Shown here: piece after piece, positions 11,765 to 64,000 of the stretch
Layout: the number at the start of each line of letters is the position of its first letter
How positions within the stretch are numbered: the first letter of the stretch is position 1
Origin: Macrostomum lignano
Taxonomy: Eukaryota
Assembly (NCBI GenBank): GCA_002269645.1
Contig: NIVC01003408.1
Coordinates: forward strand, 35,345-99,344
Direction of reading: 5' to 3'
Length of the DNA: 64,000 bases
The notes under the pieces: generated by a model
The model's input: only the letters and a program-made list of their open reading frames with translations
Database searches by the model: none
Told to the model about the DNA's origin: nothing
Program-made: the position numbers and the translations under genes

Positions 11765-14471
11765 TCAGGCCCACTCCCTGACAATGTCGGCGTAGCGGCC
11801 CTGGGCCTGCCTGTCCAGCTGGTGGCAGGCGTGGCAGTTGTTGCCGTTGTTGGGGCCGCAGAAGCCGTCAGTGGCGGGGTCGTGCGCCATGTTGGGCCGG
11901 CCGCAGTAGAACCGGCCGGTCTCTTGGCCGACCCGAGCGATGACGCCTTCGCGGTTGACGAGCGCGTGCTCGCCGGGTCGCAGGCCGAAGGTCGCCAGGT
12001 CGGCGCGCATGCAGTCGCAGCAGTTGCAGCCGTTGTTGGGGCCGCAGATGCCGTCGCAGCAGTCGCAGGCTGGGCCGTTCAGCGGTCTGACGCAGTAGTT
12101 TTTGCCAGTGTGGCTGGTCGGCTGTCTGAGGGGTCGCAGTTTTGGGATGCTGAAACAGCGACTTTGAGATGGTCTGTCAGGTGTGCTTGGGTATGTCAGG
12201 TGTGCTTGGGTATGTCAGGTGTATTTACGTATGTCAGGTGTGCTTGGGTATGTCAGGTGTGTTTAAGTATGTCAGGTGTGGTTACGTATGTCAGGTGTGC
12301 TTGAGTATGTCAGGTGTGCTTGGGTATGTCAGGTGTGCTTGGTGTCAGAGCTAGTTACTGACACTACTCAACAAGCTCACTATAGCTTTTTTGTAAAGAC
12401 TAAAGTCTGAAGCCTTAAATACTTTTATCAAATCAGACATCAGGCATGAATTTACATTAATGCGTTGCTATTCGTCTTGCTTGACTTTTCAAATAGCAGC
12501 TTCGTTTAATAGTGACTCTGATCTATCTAAAGTTATTTGTATTCAAAAAACTTCTAAAAATCAGAATTAAAAACTGTCAATTCAGTGCTTTGGGGTTCTT
12601 GTTTGTGTTTTTACAATTGTCTGTCAAAAAAGTTACAAAGCCTTCAAACTAGACAACACCGCACGATACAGTGGCATAAGAAAGCCTAACTGCTTGTTCA
12701 AAGGAAAAATTATTTAGATAATCCAACACTCGGAATGAGTTTGCCGAAGTGATCCTAAACTTACTACTGATAAACAGTAGTTAAAATGGCAACTCAGCCA
12801 TCTCTCTCAATCCTCTTACGCATCTCACTCATCTCTGACCCATTCCACTCATATCACTCATCTCTTACCCATTTCACCCATCTCTCACCCATTCCACTCA
12901 TCTCACCCATTTCTTACCCATCTCACTCATCTCTTACCCATCTCACCCATTTCTGACCCATCTCACTCATCTCTCACCCATCTCACCCATCTCAACCATC
13001 TCTCACCCATCTCTCACCCATCTCACCCATCTCTCACCCATCTCTCACTCATCTCACCCATGTCTCACCCAGCTCACCCATGTCTCACCCATCTCACCCA
13101 TCTCTTACCCATCTCATTCATCTCTCACCCATCTCACCCATTTCTGACCCATCCCACTCATCTCTCACCGATCTCACCCATCTCTCACCCATCTCACTCA
13201 TCTCTCGCCAATCTCATCCATCTCTCACCCATCTCATTCATCTCTCACCCATCTCATTCATCTCTCACCCATCTCATTCATCTCTCACCCATCTCACTCA
13301 TCTCTCACCCATCTCACCCATCTCTCACCCATCTCACCCATCTCTCACCCACCTGGACGGATCGCGGGACAGTCCGGCAGCAGAGAACATGAGTCCGGGC
13401 ATTCGAAGTCTCCGTGAAGACAGCGGCTGAACGGTGCCCTGCCTCTCAGGCGCCGCCCGGGCGCTAAAGAGTAGCGCTGATTTGCGCAACAACTGCGCCG
13501 CGTGGCGCTCCGTTAGGTGCGCCAAAAATTCGTCCGGCGCTCCGGCAAATTGACAGCCTGGCGCCGGGCATTGGCGCGGCTGCGCCGGGCAGAGGCGCCG
13601 GTGGTCTGCCTCGTCCGACCGGCTGCCCTCGGCGCCACAGTGACGGCAGCGCCACGGCTGACAGCCAATGAGCCGCCTGGCGAGGTGGTTGGGCGAGCCG
13701 CTGCAGCTGCGGCCGCAGTCTGGGCACACCTGCCGGGCGATGACCAGTTGCTGTGTGAGTTTACTGGTTGCTAGGGGGCTGTTGTACATTTCTTGGTTGC
13801 TAGGGGGCTGTTGTACATTTCTTGGTTGCTAGGGGGCTGTTGTACATTTCTTGGTTGCTAGGGGGCTGTTGTACATTTCTTGGTTGCTGGGGCGGTTGTA
13901 CATTTCTTGGTTGCTAGGGGGCTGGTGTACATTTCCTGGTTGCTAGGGGGCTGCTGTACATTTCTTGGTTGTTAGGGGGCTGCTGTACATTTTTTTGGTT
14001 GCTAGGGGGCTGCTGTACATTTCTCAGGTTGCTGGGGGCTGCTGTACATTTCTTGGTTGCACTGTTGTGTATTTCTTGGTTGCTAGGGGCCAGCTGTACA
14101 TTTCTTAGTTGCTAGGAGCCTATGTGTTTCTAAAAGCCTCTTGGTTACTAGGATCTAATTATAATAACTATATTTTTTATATTAAATTTGATGGGTAGTA
14201 AAAGTTCTACTTTAATGTATGTAGGACTTGAATTTAGATAGAAATTGAAATGGTCAAATAAAAAGTAGACTCCAATATACCTTCTCCAATAGATCCAAGC
14301 AAGCCTGGCATAAAAGTACATGACAGCACAATGTGTCTACAGCATCTGTAGCCAGGTCAGAGCATTTGTGACAATACAAAAACTTCAATAGCTGCTTTTT
14401 GTCATCATCTTGTATGTCTAACAATAGCTCAGAGTCGTCCAAGATTTCTGATGAACCGGCATTACTGATGT
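11765..14471 (-). CDS. RING finger + SINA/TRAF-like Zn finger + two Cys-rich CGPNNG repeats; putative E3 ubiquitin ligase, 5' exon(s) not found
   Basis: Exons 14471-14281, 13750-13353 and 12149-11765 join in phase (0, then 2). RING CHKC..CCHVLLCQAC..CPDC spans the first junction, followed by CRHC..HRRLC and CPAPGC..HLTERH. The C-terminus has YC..CDGICGPNNGCNCCDC and FYCG..DGFCGPNNGNNCHAC. The ORF-track start at 14484 is TTG, not ATG. Confidence 0.8.
12170..12345. repeat. 19-bp intronic minisatellite GGTATGTCAGGTGTGCTTG, about 9 copies
   Basis: Directly visible. Confidence 0.9.
12810..13352. repeat. CTCACCCAT(CT) 9/11-bp intronic repeat abutting the splice donor
   Basis: Directly visible. 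Confidence 0.92.
13771..14115. repeat. 29-bp intronic minisatellite CTAGGGGGCTGTTGTACATTTCTTGGTTG, about 12 copies
   Basis: Directly visible; copies degenerate rightwards. Confidence 0.93.
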
Positions 14472-16329
14472 CTAAAATGGGCAATGGTCAAATGGTTAAA
14501 ATTTATATTTAAATAAAACAAAATTTCGGAGAAAACATTATTCAGGGCTAGGCAATTATTAAATGCTAATAATTAGGTAGTTTTATATTTTGAAAATAGA
14601 CTAACATTGAATCATAGCTACTACTACTAGAGTTACAAGCAAAAATTGCAGTATTACTTTTATGTATTTTAATTTATTGTTATTTTTATTGCATTTTATT
14701 GTATTATTGTATTTTGCTATAATTTTATGAGTTCAAAAATACATTGAAATTCTTGGTTTTCAATGTATTCCTTTCTCTCCTGCTATTCTACTCCTGAATT
14801 AAAAGTATTAATGCTAAATATCTCATAATATGTTTTCTCAGTTTCATAACCAATTCCTCATTTTCTAAGCTATGATCGGTCTAATACGTAATAGCATACT
14901 GATAGTGATACTAAAATATGATAAAAACGAGTGTAAATAAAACATCAATAATGTTTTTTGATTAAGAAAAAGATTCTATTCTATGTTATGCATTTCTTAC
15001 CATCGGAAAGCAATAGACTTCTAAAATTTACTGCTGTTTTATGGCAAGCTTGTACACTTTTTATCTTATAGAAATAAAATTGTCCAGCTAACAATTAAGT
15101 TTAGGTTTGGTCTACGTCTACTCGCACGTCGCACTTAAACTAAAATCTAGTCCTACCTACTTATTTATCTTGATTTGAATAGGTAATAGTTTTTAACATT
15201 GAAGAGTAGCTACTTACTTTTTCCAGCCATAAAGGTTGTTATGTGAATGAGTTACAGAATGAGGTTTGTATAAAAAAGCTACAATATAAAGACGTTGACC
15301 ACTGACCCTTCAAGCTACCTAACCTATTTCTATGATTTCTGGTCAATTGACGCGTTTAAATATATGCTCTTTCAGCCAAATTAACAAAGCACGATAATAA
15401 AGGCTGGTTAATTTTTTTATCAGAAAATTATTTTAAATGAAGCTTAAAATCAACATTGATTGCGAAAATCAATTCGTTTCAACTCAAAAAAGCCGACGTC
15501 AGGGTATACGACGTATTTTATCAATGACATCAAATATAAAAATAGACGAATTTTTGTTGTTGCTGTTGATCATTGAACACACGAAAACTCTACATGTGTA
15601 TATTATAAACGACTGTACAGTCTGGGGTATCGAATCAATAAGAAAAAAACGAACTTACGAAATATCATTACAAGCGGGGTGAGAGATATACCCATCTCCG
15701 CAGTGAATTTTTTTCCTGTAAATTAATTTAATTTTCTCTGCAATCTGATAAGGACGCATCTTTTTTCAATCTTAAAACCGCACATTTTGCTTCGATGCGC
15801 TTTTTCCCCTACTGTCAGTACGCTAGCTTAGGATTTTCTCTCTATTCTCTCATCTAGGCTGAGTTCTATACTAATTTATGACATTACTATTAATTATGTT
15901 AGATACTCAATGTACTTCCCTTAGGATTCTAATTTTGGGTTGTTTACGCATCTCTGAAGGTCAGGTTATCCGGGTCTGAGGTGGTTTGACCTCTAACAGT
16001 CTATACAGGCGACTAAGTCTGGGAGGAATGTTTTTTATCTCATTCTGACCCCCTAATTTGTGACTTTTTCTCTGTTTTTGGTGACTTATGACGGTCTAGC
16101 TGTCACTTGGCTCCAGCCTGTCTGGGTCAAAGAGGTCTTTCCAGCTTCCTTCCTCCCCACTCGCTCTATTACCTTCTCCTTTGATTTATGGGCTTTTGCA
16201 GTCACTTTCGGCGCCAGGATGTCTAGACAAGTGACTTTTATTCGGTTTTTCTCATGATTTATGACCGCGCTTGTCAACTTCCCTGGGGTCTGAAGGCCAC
16301 TTTGGTGGGGTGGGTTTTGGGGTCTTGAG

Positions 16330-16480
16330 CTCAGCCAATCAGAGTCGACCTGACCGCTCCCGACTCGACCAATCAGAAAATTCGGCACCGATTTTAACAA
16401 AGGCTCTCAGCCAACAGGAAATTCGGCGCTCGTTATAACAAACCGGCCGCGTGAGATCTATAAAAGGCGGCATGTCAGTC
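16330..16480 (+). promoter_or_regulatory. Promoter-like cluster: two CCAAT boxes, a CCAAC, TATAAAA and TCAGT; possibly LTR-derived
   Basis: CCAAT at 16335 and 16369, TATAAAA at 16459, TCAGT at about 16476. No downstream CDS identified. Confidence 0.35.
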
Positions 16481-19400
16481 CGCGCTCGACAGGTCTCCTT
16501 TTTGGGACCTACCCGCTTTTTGGTCCCTGGCAATCTTGGACTTTTTGGGGCGGAGCTCTCTCCAACGCTCGTCCTTCGGCCGAGGTCACTCGTGATCCCC
16601 CTTCCCCCCGCCTGCGCCTCAAATTAGCAACAGCAACTGGCAAGTGAAGAGTAACACCGGCACATCGGTTAGGATCATCATAAGCATCCCGTCTGAGCGC
16701 TTCGGTCTATGTGGAATCCTTGGCTACCGGCAGATAGGTCCTCTGATTGGTTGGGTTAGAGGCTTTCTTGACCTGCTTAACTGGGTGCGCCCTTTGTCTG
16801 ACCCCTTCCTAGATAGTCTGATAGGATTTGCACTTTTGCTTACTTGCTTTTTGTGTGCCAAACTCGAGGCGGAAGTGTCATTTAATACAAAAAGTAGCTA
16901 TTGGCTCTGACTCAATCAAAGGCGTTTAGGATTGCGGATTAAGTGAGAAAGTTAAATCTGGAATTTAAAGACTTGGCGTTTTCTTTCTTTTTCGCAATGC
17001 CAGCTGAGATAAGTGGTTAGATCTTGGGGCAGAGGTCACAGTGGACCCAAAGCGGCACAGTTCCCAGTCAATTAGTCGATCTCAGCAATCATGATGAGCA
17101 TGCAAACTAAGTGCCAGACTGGTACTCTCGTGCAGTCTCAGGCAGCTAAGCGGCGAAACCGAGTAAAATATTAGTCTAAAGATCTCCAAAGGCGACAATA
17201 CACCTACATCATCGCTATCTGTCGACGCGTTAACACATTTAGTGCCAAAGGTGTGCAGTTACTTCTGGGAATTCGGTAATGAAATAGTACATTTGTAGTG
17301 TATAAAGGCTCGCCAGCGCAAGAACCCCCTGCAAAAGTCCTCTCTGTCCCTGCATGGCCAATGCGATCTTAGTCCCTGCAGCGTCCCTTCTATTCGGCTA
17401 TGACTTCGAGATAGACAGCTAAAGACACTAGATGGCAGGTAAGTGCAGTGCCCCTCTAGTCGGAAGTCCGATTTCGATAGCTCCGGTTTGGTGAGCCGGG
17501 GCGCACGGACTGGTGGCAGCGGGTTGGTTAATCTGTGGATTAGCTAATTTCTACATTTCAGATTCTCCCTGCTTGTCTCTCGCTGTCTTCTCTTAGCTAT
17601 AGGACCTTGCTGCTCGCCCACAATCTAGCTACCACGGGGCTGACCATCTGACAGGAGTGAGAGACCAGAGCTTTAAGTGATTCATTTTTGAGTTCTGAGG
17701 CCCGAAGCTACAGGCTTAAAAAGGCCGAACCCATCAAATCCAAAAATTATACGATCAATTCAAGTTTTACGACTTGTTACTAGTGGTCCTAGTGTAGTCA
17801 ATCCGCAGCAAACCACTCCACTGACCTGAGTACAACACGTTTAGTCACGCTTAATACATAGACGGCATCAAACTCATCTAATAAACTTAGGCATGCACAT
17901 CCTCTTTGTTACGTTTGTAGAAGAAAATGAAAATGAAGATATAGGCCGATTGGGATTAGAAGTATTTAATTTTTCGCCAGCGGCTTGTAGCACTTTGTAT
18001 TCTTTTAAGAAAATAAATTATACCGGTATATTCTTAACATGAGTCGTATTGCGAAGCTAGAGTCGTATTTGTTGAGTCCATGGATGAAGGAATAGCAAGG
18101 AGTTCATCAGCCAATAGTGGTAGTACGGGGCCCGTGGGGGTAATTGGTATATATTCCCTATTTATACCAGTGCTAAGGCAATAGGCGAAGCCCAGGTCAA
18201 TAAGCGTGGTACGAAAGCATTTTTTAAAGAATATATTTAAGAACGTTAAGACAATTTAAAAAAAATGATTTGATGTCTATGGTCTATAGCAGAATTTCTA
18301 TACCATATTCTGCAGATTCAGACATGCGGTGAATGTTTCAGACAATTCTCTCTATGTAGCCAAGTGAGCAGTTAGAAACAGAGTTTTAATATTGTCTTTG
18401 GGCGAGTGAAATAAACCGTTTATCTGCACCGATGCAAATAAATGAAATTTACACTGAGACCATAGAAGTTCGCCCGGGGCAAGTGGGGGATACAGTGTTG
18501 TCGGATTCAGCGCGCAGGAATGTCGTTCCCGCACTCGTTCGCGTGCCGGAATGCAACTGTCTATGGTAAACACGCCATTGAAATCAAGCAGAAAATCAGT
18601 GCAGGAATGATGTGCAATTCTTGCACTATAAAGGAAACGGAACATTAATTATATAGTATATTTAGTTCATTTACTATCTTTGGTTTAAGTGTCTATGGTC
18701 TCGTATTACTGGTCTCGGTTTAATTGTCTATGGTCTCGTATTAGTGGGGGCTCGGCCCCTTGACCCCTGCTTCCTACCACTCTTACTATGTGCAAGAATG
18801 AATCCAACAACACTGCAATTTCCACACTCGTTAGAGTGCGGAAATATACCATTCTTATTTGAGCCAGCGTGCGGGAATGAAGGCAGTCGTGCAGGAATTA
18901 AATAATCTATGGCCAAATCTCCACTGTTTTACACATGAACATCGTGCAGGAATGACACTCTCCGTTCCTGCACGCAAACAATTTATTTAAATTTGTACGC
19001 AAATGTATGGGGAGGAGAGAGAATGTATAATTCTTGAACGCTTACGAGTGCTTTGGCCATAGACGCACGAGTGAGCGTTCATGAATTTCATTCTTATTAG
19101 AGCAATTTTCCCCCTTCACTGAATTCATTTTATATGTCGGCGTGAAATAAAAAAGCACAAGAATCGATTTATTTTTAACCCCCTCTCTCTTTCATCCCTC
19201 CACACTCTCTGTGTACATTGTTGGCTGATTTTCCATGCAGGAATGGCATTCTTGCACTCTTTCCAGAACGTTGACGAAATGCGAGCGGCATTACGAATGA
19301 GATGTTTGGCATGCGAGCAATCCTTATACTATGGATTGCTCATCTGAAATAAATCTACATCTGTATGGTCAATTTAGCTCCTCGAAGCTTGGAAAAAAAA

Positions 19401-19552
19401 TCCCCCGCAGGATTTGTCTCTTACTTGCAAGAATGTCTACGTAGCAGCTGGAAATCCAAAGATACATCTGACAGCCTGGACTCATTGCAAGTCAAATCCT
19501 ACGGGGAATCCACCAATAGAAATTCATACGGGGGTACTTAATTACTTACTTA

Positions 19553-22098
<2,546 letters not shown>

Positions 22099-24039
22099 TG
22101 CGCCTGCGACGGGTGACGACCTGGAAGCCGTCATTTTGAGCCGCCCCTGCAGCGGGGGTGGAAGTGGACGCACCTGGGCGAGGTGCGGGGGTTTCCGCGG
22201 GGTTCGCGGCAGAATCAACCTCCATGTTGGAGGGTTGGGGGATTGACGGACCCCCGGCCGCGGGAATTGTCGGCTCCCGAACCGCGTCGGGTTTTTGATT
22301 TATCCATGCAGAGTAGGCTGAAATGGAAAAACTGAAATGTAGAAAAATGGGGGGTAACCGCTCGGGGACTGGATATACCCCCAGCCAGCTCCGTGGAGCT
22401 ACCCTCTGCCACGGTAAACAGCAGAGAAGCTTTGGGTTGCCGTCTTATCCCAGGATTGCTCCCAGGCGAGGCTCCGGCAGGCCCCCGGTCCACACTCTGC
22501 AAGATCAGGGGGCGGGAGGCCGGCTGCGGGCTTGGGACACAGACGCCAGGTCGGGTTGACAGCCGGCGCCCGAGCCCTCCCCCACAGGAGCGGCCCTCGA
22601 GAACCCGTGTGGTACCAGTTGCAACTATGGGCTGTCGATGGGTAGTTGGCGCTTAGCCAGCAGCCAACTACTTAGCAGCCACCTGCCCTGCAAATAGGCA
22701 GCAGGGGGGTCCGTCCTCCACCAGCAGACCAAGACGAGGAAGCTGGCCGCTTCCACGCCAGGCCAGAGCGAAAAAGGAGGGGGAAAAGCCTCCTCGAAGA
22801 GCGAAAAGCTGGCGGATGTCACAGAGTCCCTCGGTTTAAGTTGCCATTTGCCCCCCTCATACGGGGGTAAATTTCGAGGAGCCAAATTCATAGATTATTT
22901 CAGATGAGCAATCCATGCATTCCTTCATCCATGCTTCAGTCATTTGAGTGTCACTGTGAAGCATATACTGAATGAAAAGTTTATAATTAATAGTATAGAT
23001 AGAAGAAGCTTATATATATTGTCAGCAGATCAAATACGCAATACTTTGTTATCTCTGAGCTAGTATGCTCATAACAATGTATGCAATTCGCTGCTTTTTC
23101 TCATTGTTCTTATGAGACGAGTATTGAGTCGAGTTTCTTAGCTTGGTTAATCAGAAAATAACGCATTTAATTCACTAATTAGGCAACTAATTATATTTAA
23201 AACAAAGCCTGGTACATGAATGCTTGGTCAATACTAAGGCATTTATGAATTTTATTTGTTTATCTCGGGTCTAAATCTCATGTCTCGACATGAAATCAAC
23301 AGTAAACTTAAGTTCAGGAGCACTCCAGCCGGTTATAGGAAACAATAGCGCTAGCAGGGATTATAAGGGCATTTTAGCTAAGAGACTGGGCCGGTCTATA
23401 TTTGGATGTTATTGTGAACTCAAAATGCACTTCGATAGACACTTACCCCAGAGGTGAAGGGCCTTCCGTACTATCCCATAGTCATGCGCTGGATAGGATG
23501 GACAACAGTCTCAGAGTCTCAGAGCCATCGCCATAGAGTGGGCCAGGAGGTCTGCTGTGGATGCAACATGCCCCCCTCCCCCACCTAATATGGCGGCACC
23601 TGCTGCCCTCGTGACTCCCCTTGCAGCCAGCCTGATAGCTTACCTCCCCTGCAGCATCAACAGCTGCGGGCATGGTGGAGCCCGACCGCGGCTTCCTCAC
23701 TGCCCCCCGCCCCCTGCTGAAGCTGCCATCCATTAAAAGCAATGAATTTTTTTACAGGCTTCAAGGGGCTCTCTTTCATTGTCTCCAGCTCACTTTTGTC
23801 AACTGTTATCCCACTAGAGTTGGAACTGTTTTCTCTCAGACTAATCCAGGGATTAACCCTTGAATTAAGATTATTTGTCGCTTGACTATTGGGGAGTTTG
23901 CAAGGATGGAAGGATGGGGTGGTGCTAGGACAAAATTTTGATAGAATATTTTTATGGACACCTAACCGTCCACCTCTTAGATGCGCGGAATTTGTTACAT
24001 AATTGCCAAACCTGTTAGACATTTTTGTGTTTGTTAGAC

Positions 24040-24300
24040 TGGTGCTAACCTGTTAAGCAGTGCACAAGTATGTCAGTTAGATAGGCGTCCACCTGTTACA
24101 CGCAGAAATGTCTGATAGATACATGCCAGCCTGATTGAGACAAGTGAAAGTGTTAGATTGACACCAACCTGTTAGACACGGGTATAACAGTTAGACACGA
24201 GCCTAACTGTTAGATAGACCCCAACCTGTTAGACATGTATATAACTGATAGTTCGACACCTACCTGTTAGACACGGATATAACTGTTAGATAGTCGCCGT
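24040..24300. repeat. Degenerate repeat with (AA)CCTGTTAGACA cores
   Basis: About 8 recurring cores. Confidence 0.65.
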
Positions 24301-24465
24301 CTGAAACGTGGGCAAGAAGTGCAGCACAACGCAAGCAATAAACAATAAAAGCACCACAGAGACATCCAAACAATGACAGAAGTTTCGCTCCCCCCCAACC
24401 CGTAGAGCCCCTCCCTACCCAAAGTGGCCTGCGATGAATTTCCCCATCTGATTCAATATTATTGG

Positions 24466-24479
24466 GTTGGCATGGCAAC
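24466..24479. promoter_or_regulatory. RFX X-box-like motif GTTGGCATGGCAAC
   Basis: One mismatch to GTTNCCATGGNAAC; 164 bp upstream of the giant gene ATG. Confidence 0.3.
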
Positions 24480-24642
24480 GGGGCGGGTGGATAAGGGTAG
24501 AAATTTCCGGATCAGACTCGATTAAATTGTCGTTAAATTGAGAGGGTTGAGGGGCAAGGAGGATACGCCATTGCAGGCACATCACACCTGTAATAACCAT
24601 GCTAATAACCATAAGGATCGAAGTAAATTTAACTGCGAGACA

Positions 24643-62186
<37,544 letters not shown>

Positions 62187-62767
62187 GTAAGCCCAGAATT
62201 TGTTGCTTGTGGAGTCCCGCAGGTTAGTGGTTTTAGATACTACATGCCGAGCTTGCTTGATACGAAAAAGTGCGTCCGCCAAAGTACGTTTTAAAGCTAA
62301 TTTAAACATTATTTGGATATATAAACAACAGTGAAAATTCTCGATTCCAAAAATTCTTAAAACTCTAAAATATTTTACTACGTTAAATCTACTACCAGTA
62401 GCGTGACGCTAAACTGCGATAATTCTCGACTTTTCTAAAAAGACTAAGACTGTCACACTAGTAGATTGTAAGGATTCAGCTTGCTTTATAGTGTGATAGC
62501 TTGCTTCTAGACTTCAATTTATATCAAAATTATTTTCTATGGAAAAGAGCTACACTTATGTTTTTTTTAATAAAATACTTCAAATTCAATCGTTGGTGTG
62601 AAATTTTGAAACATTTAATCATTTAAACATCTGATCGAACAGTACAAGTTCGAAGAAAATCGGTGGAGCCATTTTTTCTTTAATCGATCACATAGATATC
62701 GACAAACCATTTTAGTATATGGATTAACGGATTAGCTTGATTAACGGAACAAATTCAAAATAATACG

Positions 62768-62930
62768 AGCTAGTGGTTGGAGCGTCGGACTTACTACTCA
62801 AAGGTCGCACTCGGAACGATTTATGTCCTTCAGCAAGACGCTTAACTCTGCATTGATTCACTTCAACCAGCTGTAAAATGGGTACCAGGATTAACTAGGG
62901 TAATTAAGGGTGGGTATGGCTGAAAGGCGT
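62768..62930 (+). mobile_element. Degenerate copy of the CORE-like SINE with the B-box region deleted
   Basis: ctagtggttggagcgtcggactta..gcaagacgcttaactctgcattg..cagctgtaaaatgggt matches 4350-4490. Confidence 0.8.
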
Positions 62931-64000
62931 ATGCAGTTGTAAGGATTTAAAGTAAATAAAAGAAAGTGAAAGGAGATAGGCGGTATTTTTACATGTTCAT
63001 CCGCCTCGCCGGACCAGTTGTAGCGGGTTTTTCAGTAATGAGGCGAGAGCAAGGTGGTGTTTCAACTGGTTAATGGGTTTATGGAATAATGTTACTGGAA
63101 TCTAGAAGAAGAAGATTCGTGAAGAGATTCCAGCTGAGCTGCTGTATATTTATAGTGTTGAGATGCTCTTCCGGAAAGTTCTAGAAATAATGCATTATAA
63201 CAAAATGATTGTTAAGAAAATACTGCTAGTTATTTATCGCTAGTTTTACCCACAGACTGCGAATACTCGTTAATTATTAAATATATTGAAATGCAGTAAA
63301 TGAGAAATTGTTTCAGACACAGAACTTTCTAGAAAACGTACGAATAGAAATTTCTCGAAGGTCACTACACAGTCTTTAGATGCGCTGCGCAATAGCTCGC
63401 ACAAAAGCTGACATGTCAACTCAAGCCAGCTAAAGTCTGCGCGTGCCTGACAGCGTGAAAGTGTGCTCTATGGTTTGATAGTCATTTTAATCTGCAATAA
63501 ATACTTACGGAACATAGCAACATTACCCTTTACCAAACGGTCGAAGACTTATATCGTTTGCTCTCTGGTCGGAGCACGAAAAAACGACATTGGAGAGCCA
63601 TTTTTATTCAGATTACGAAGTTTCCAGTTCACAATAACTAAAAAAATAGTAGCAACTAACTATCAGTAGGAAAAAAACAGACGAGCATAGAAGATAAAAT
63701 CATTTGCCGGCTGAGCAAACAGACAAGTGGTCTGAGTCAATTCGAAAGGCCTTAAAACCGGGGCGGAGGAGACAGGTAGAGGTGCACGAAAAGGAAAAAA
63801 GCAGGGAGAACGCGCACCTGGGACAGGGCCCGAACGGATATTAAACAGCCTAAAGTCCCCCAAAAAGTGTCAAGCTTACGTCCAAAAACTTGATGGGCCA
63901 GTACCCACGATTTCAAACGACTTATGATGCGAAATCTTGTTTGGGACGCCAGGAGTGGACCCAGAGGGGCAGGGGCCATGACCCTCCCTCAGCGCGTGGC

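Noticed and set aside
17426-17460. Convergent CTCF-like motifs (CACTAGATGGCAG and reverse GACTAGAGGGGCACT)
   Set aside because: Imperfect, overlapping a splice-donor-like site, and CTCF is reported absent from flatworms; no independent support.
23480-24022. Possible Penelope/GIY-YIG or other retroelement remnant
   Set aside because: No diagnostic motif could be read in any frame.

Overview
This is eukaryotic (animal) genomic DNA, very rich in micro- and minisatellites. The neuropeptide sequences and repeat landscape suggest a flatworm such as Macrostomum, but that assignment is inference. The supplied bacterial-style ORF track is mostly repeat artefact; the real genes are spliced and were reconstructed by hand from GT/GC-AG junctions and codon phase. 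(1) Two tandem paralogous neuropeptide precursor genes on the minus strand (5312-4887 and 9686-9238) encode myomodulin-like AMRLMR(L/I)-amides plus a C-terminal GFYRPS(I/F)RY-amide. (2) A 5'-incomplete minus-strand RING + SINA/TRAF-like zinc finger gene carries two YC..DGxCGPNNGxNCxxC repeats (14471-11765). (3) A giant plus-strand secreted or membrane mosaic gene starts at 24643, has 52 exons here (about 3,300 aa) and runs off the window. It is built from about 1,250-aa supermodules: C-type lectin, linker, a split F5/8C (discoidin) domain enclosing kringle + fucolectin-like + LamG-like domains, then fucolectin-like, F5/8C and a linker. Intergenic and intronic space holds an internally deleted RNase H LINE with a 13-bp TSD and a nested RTE-like fragment, two mariners, a Tc1 fragment, two hAT MITEs, tRNA-derived SINEs and about 20 tandem arrays.
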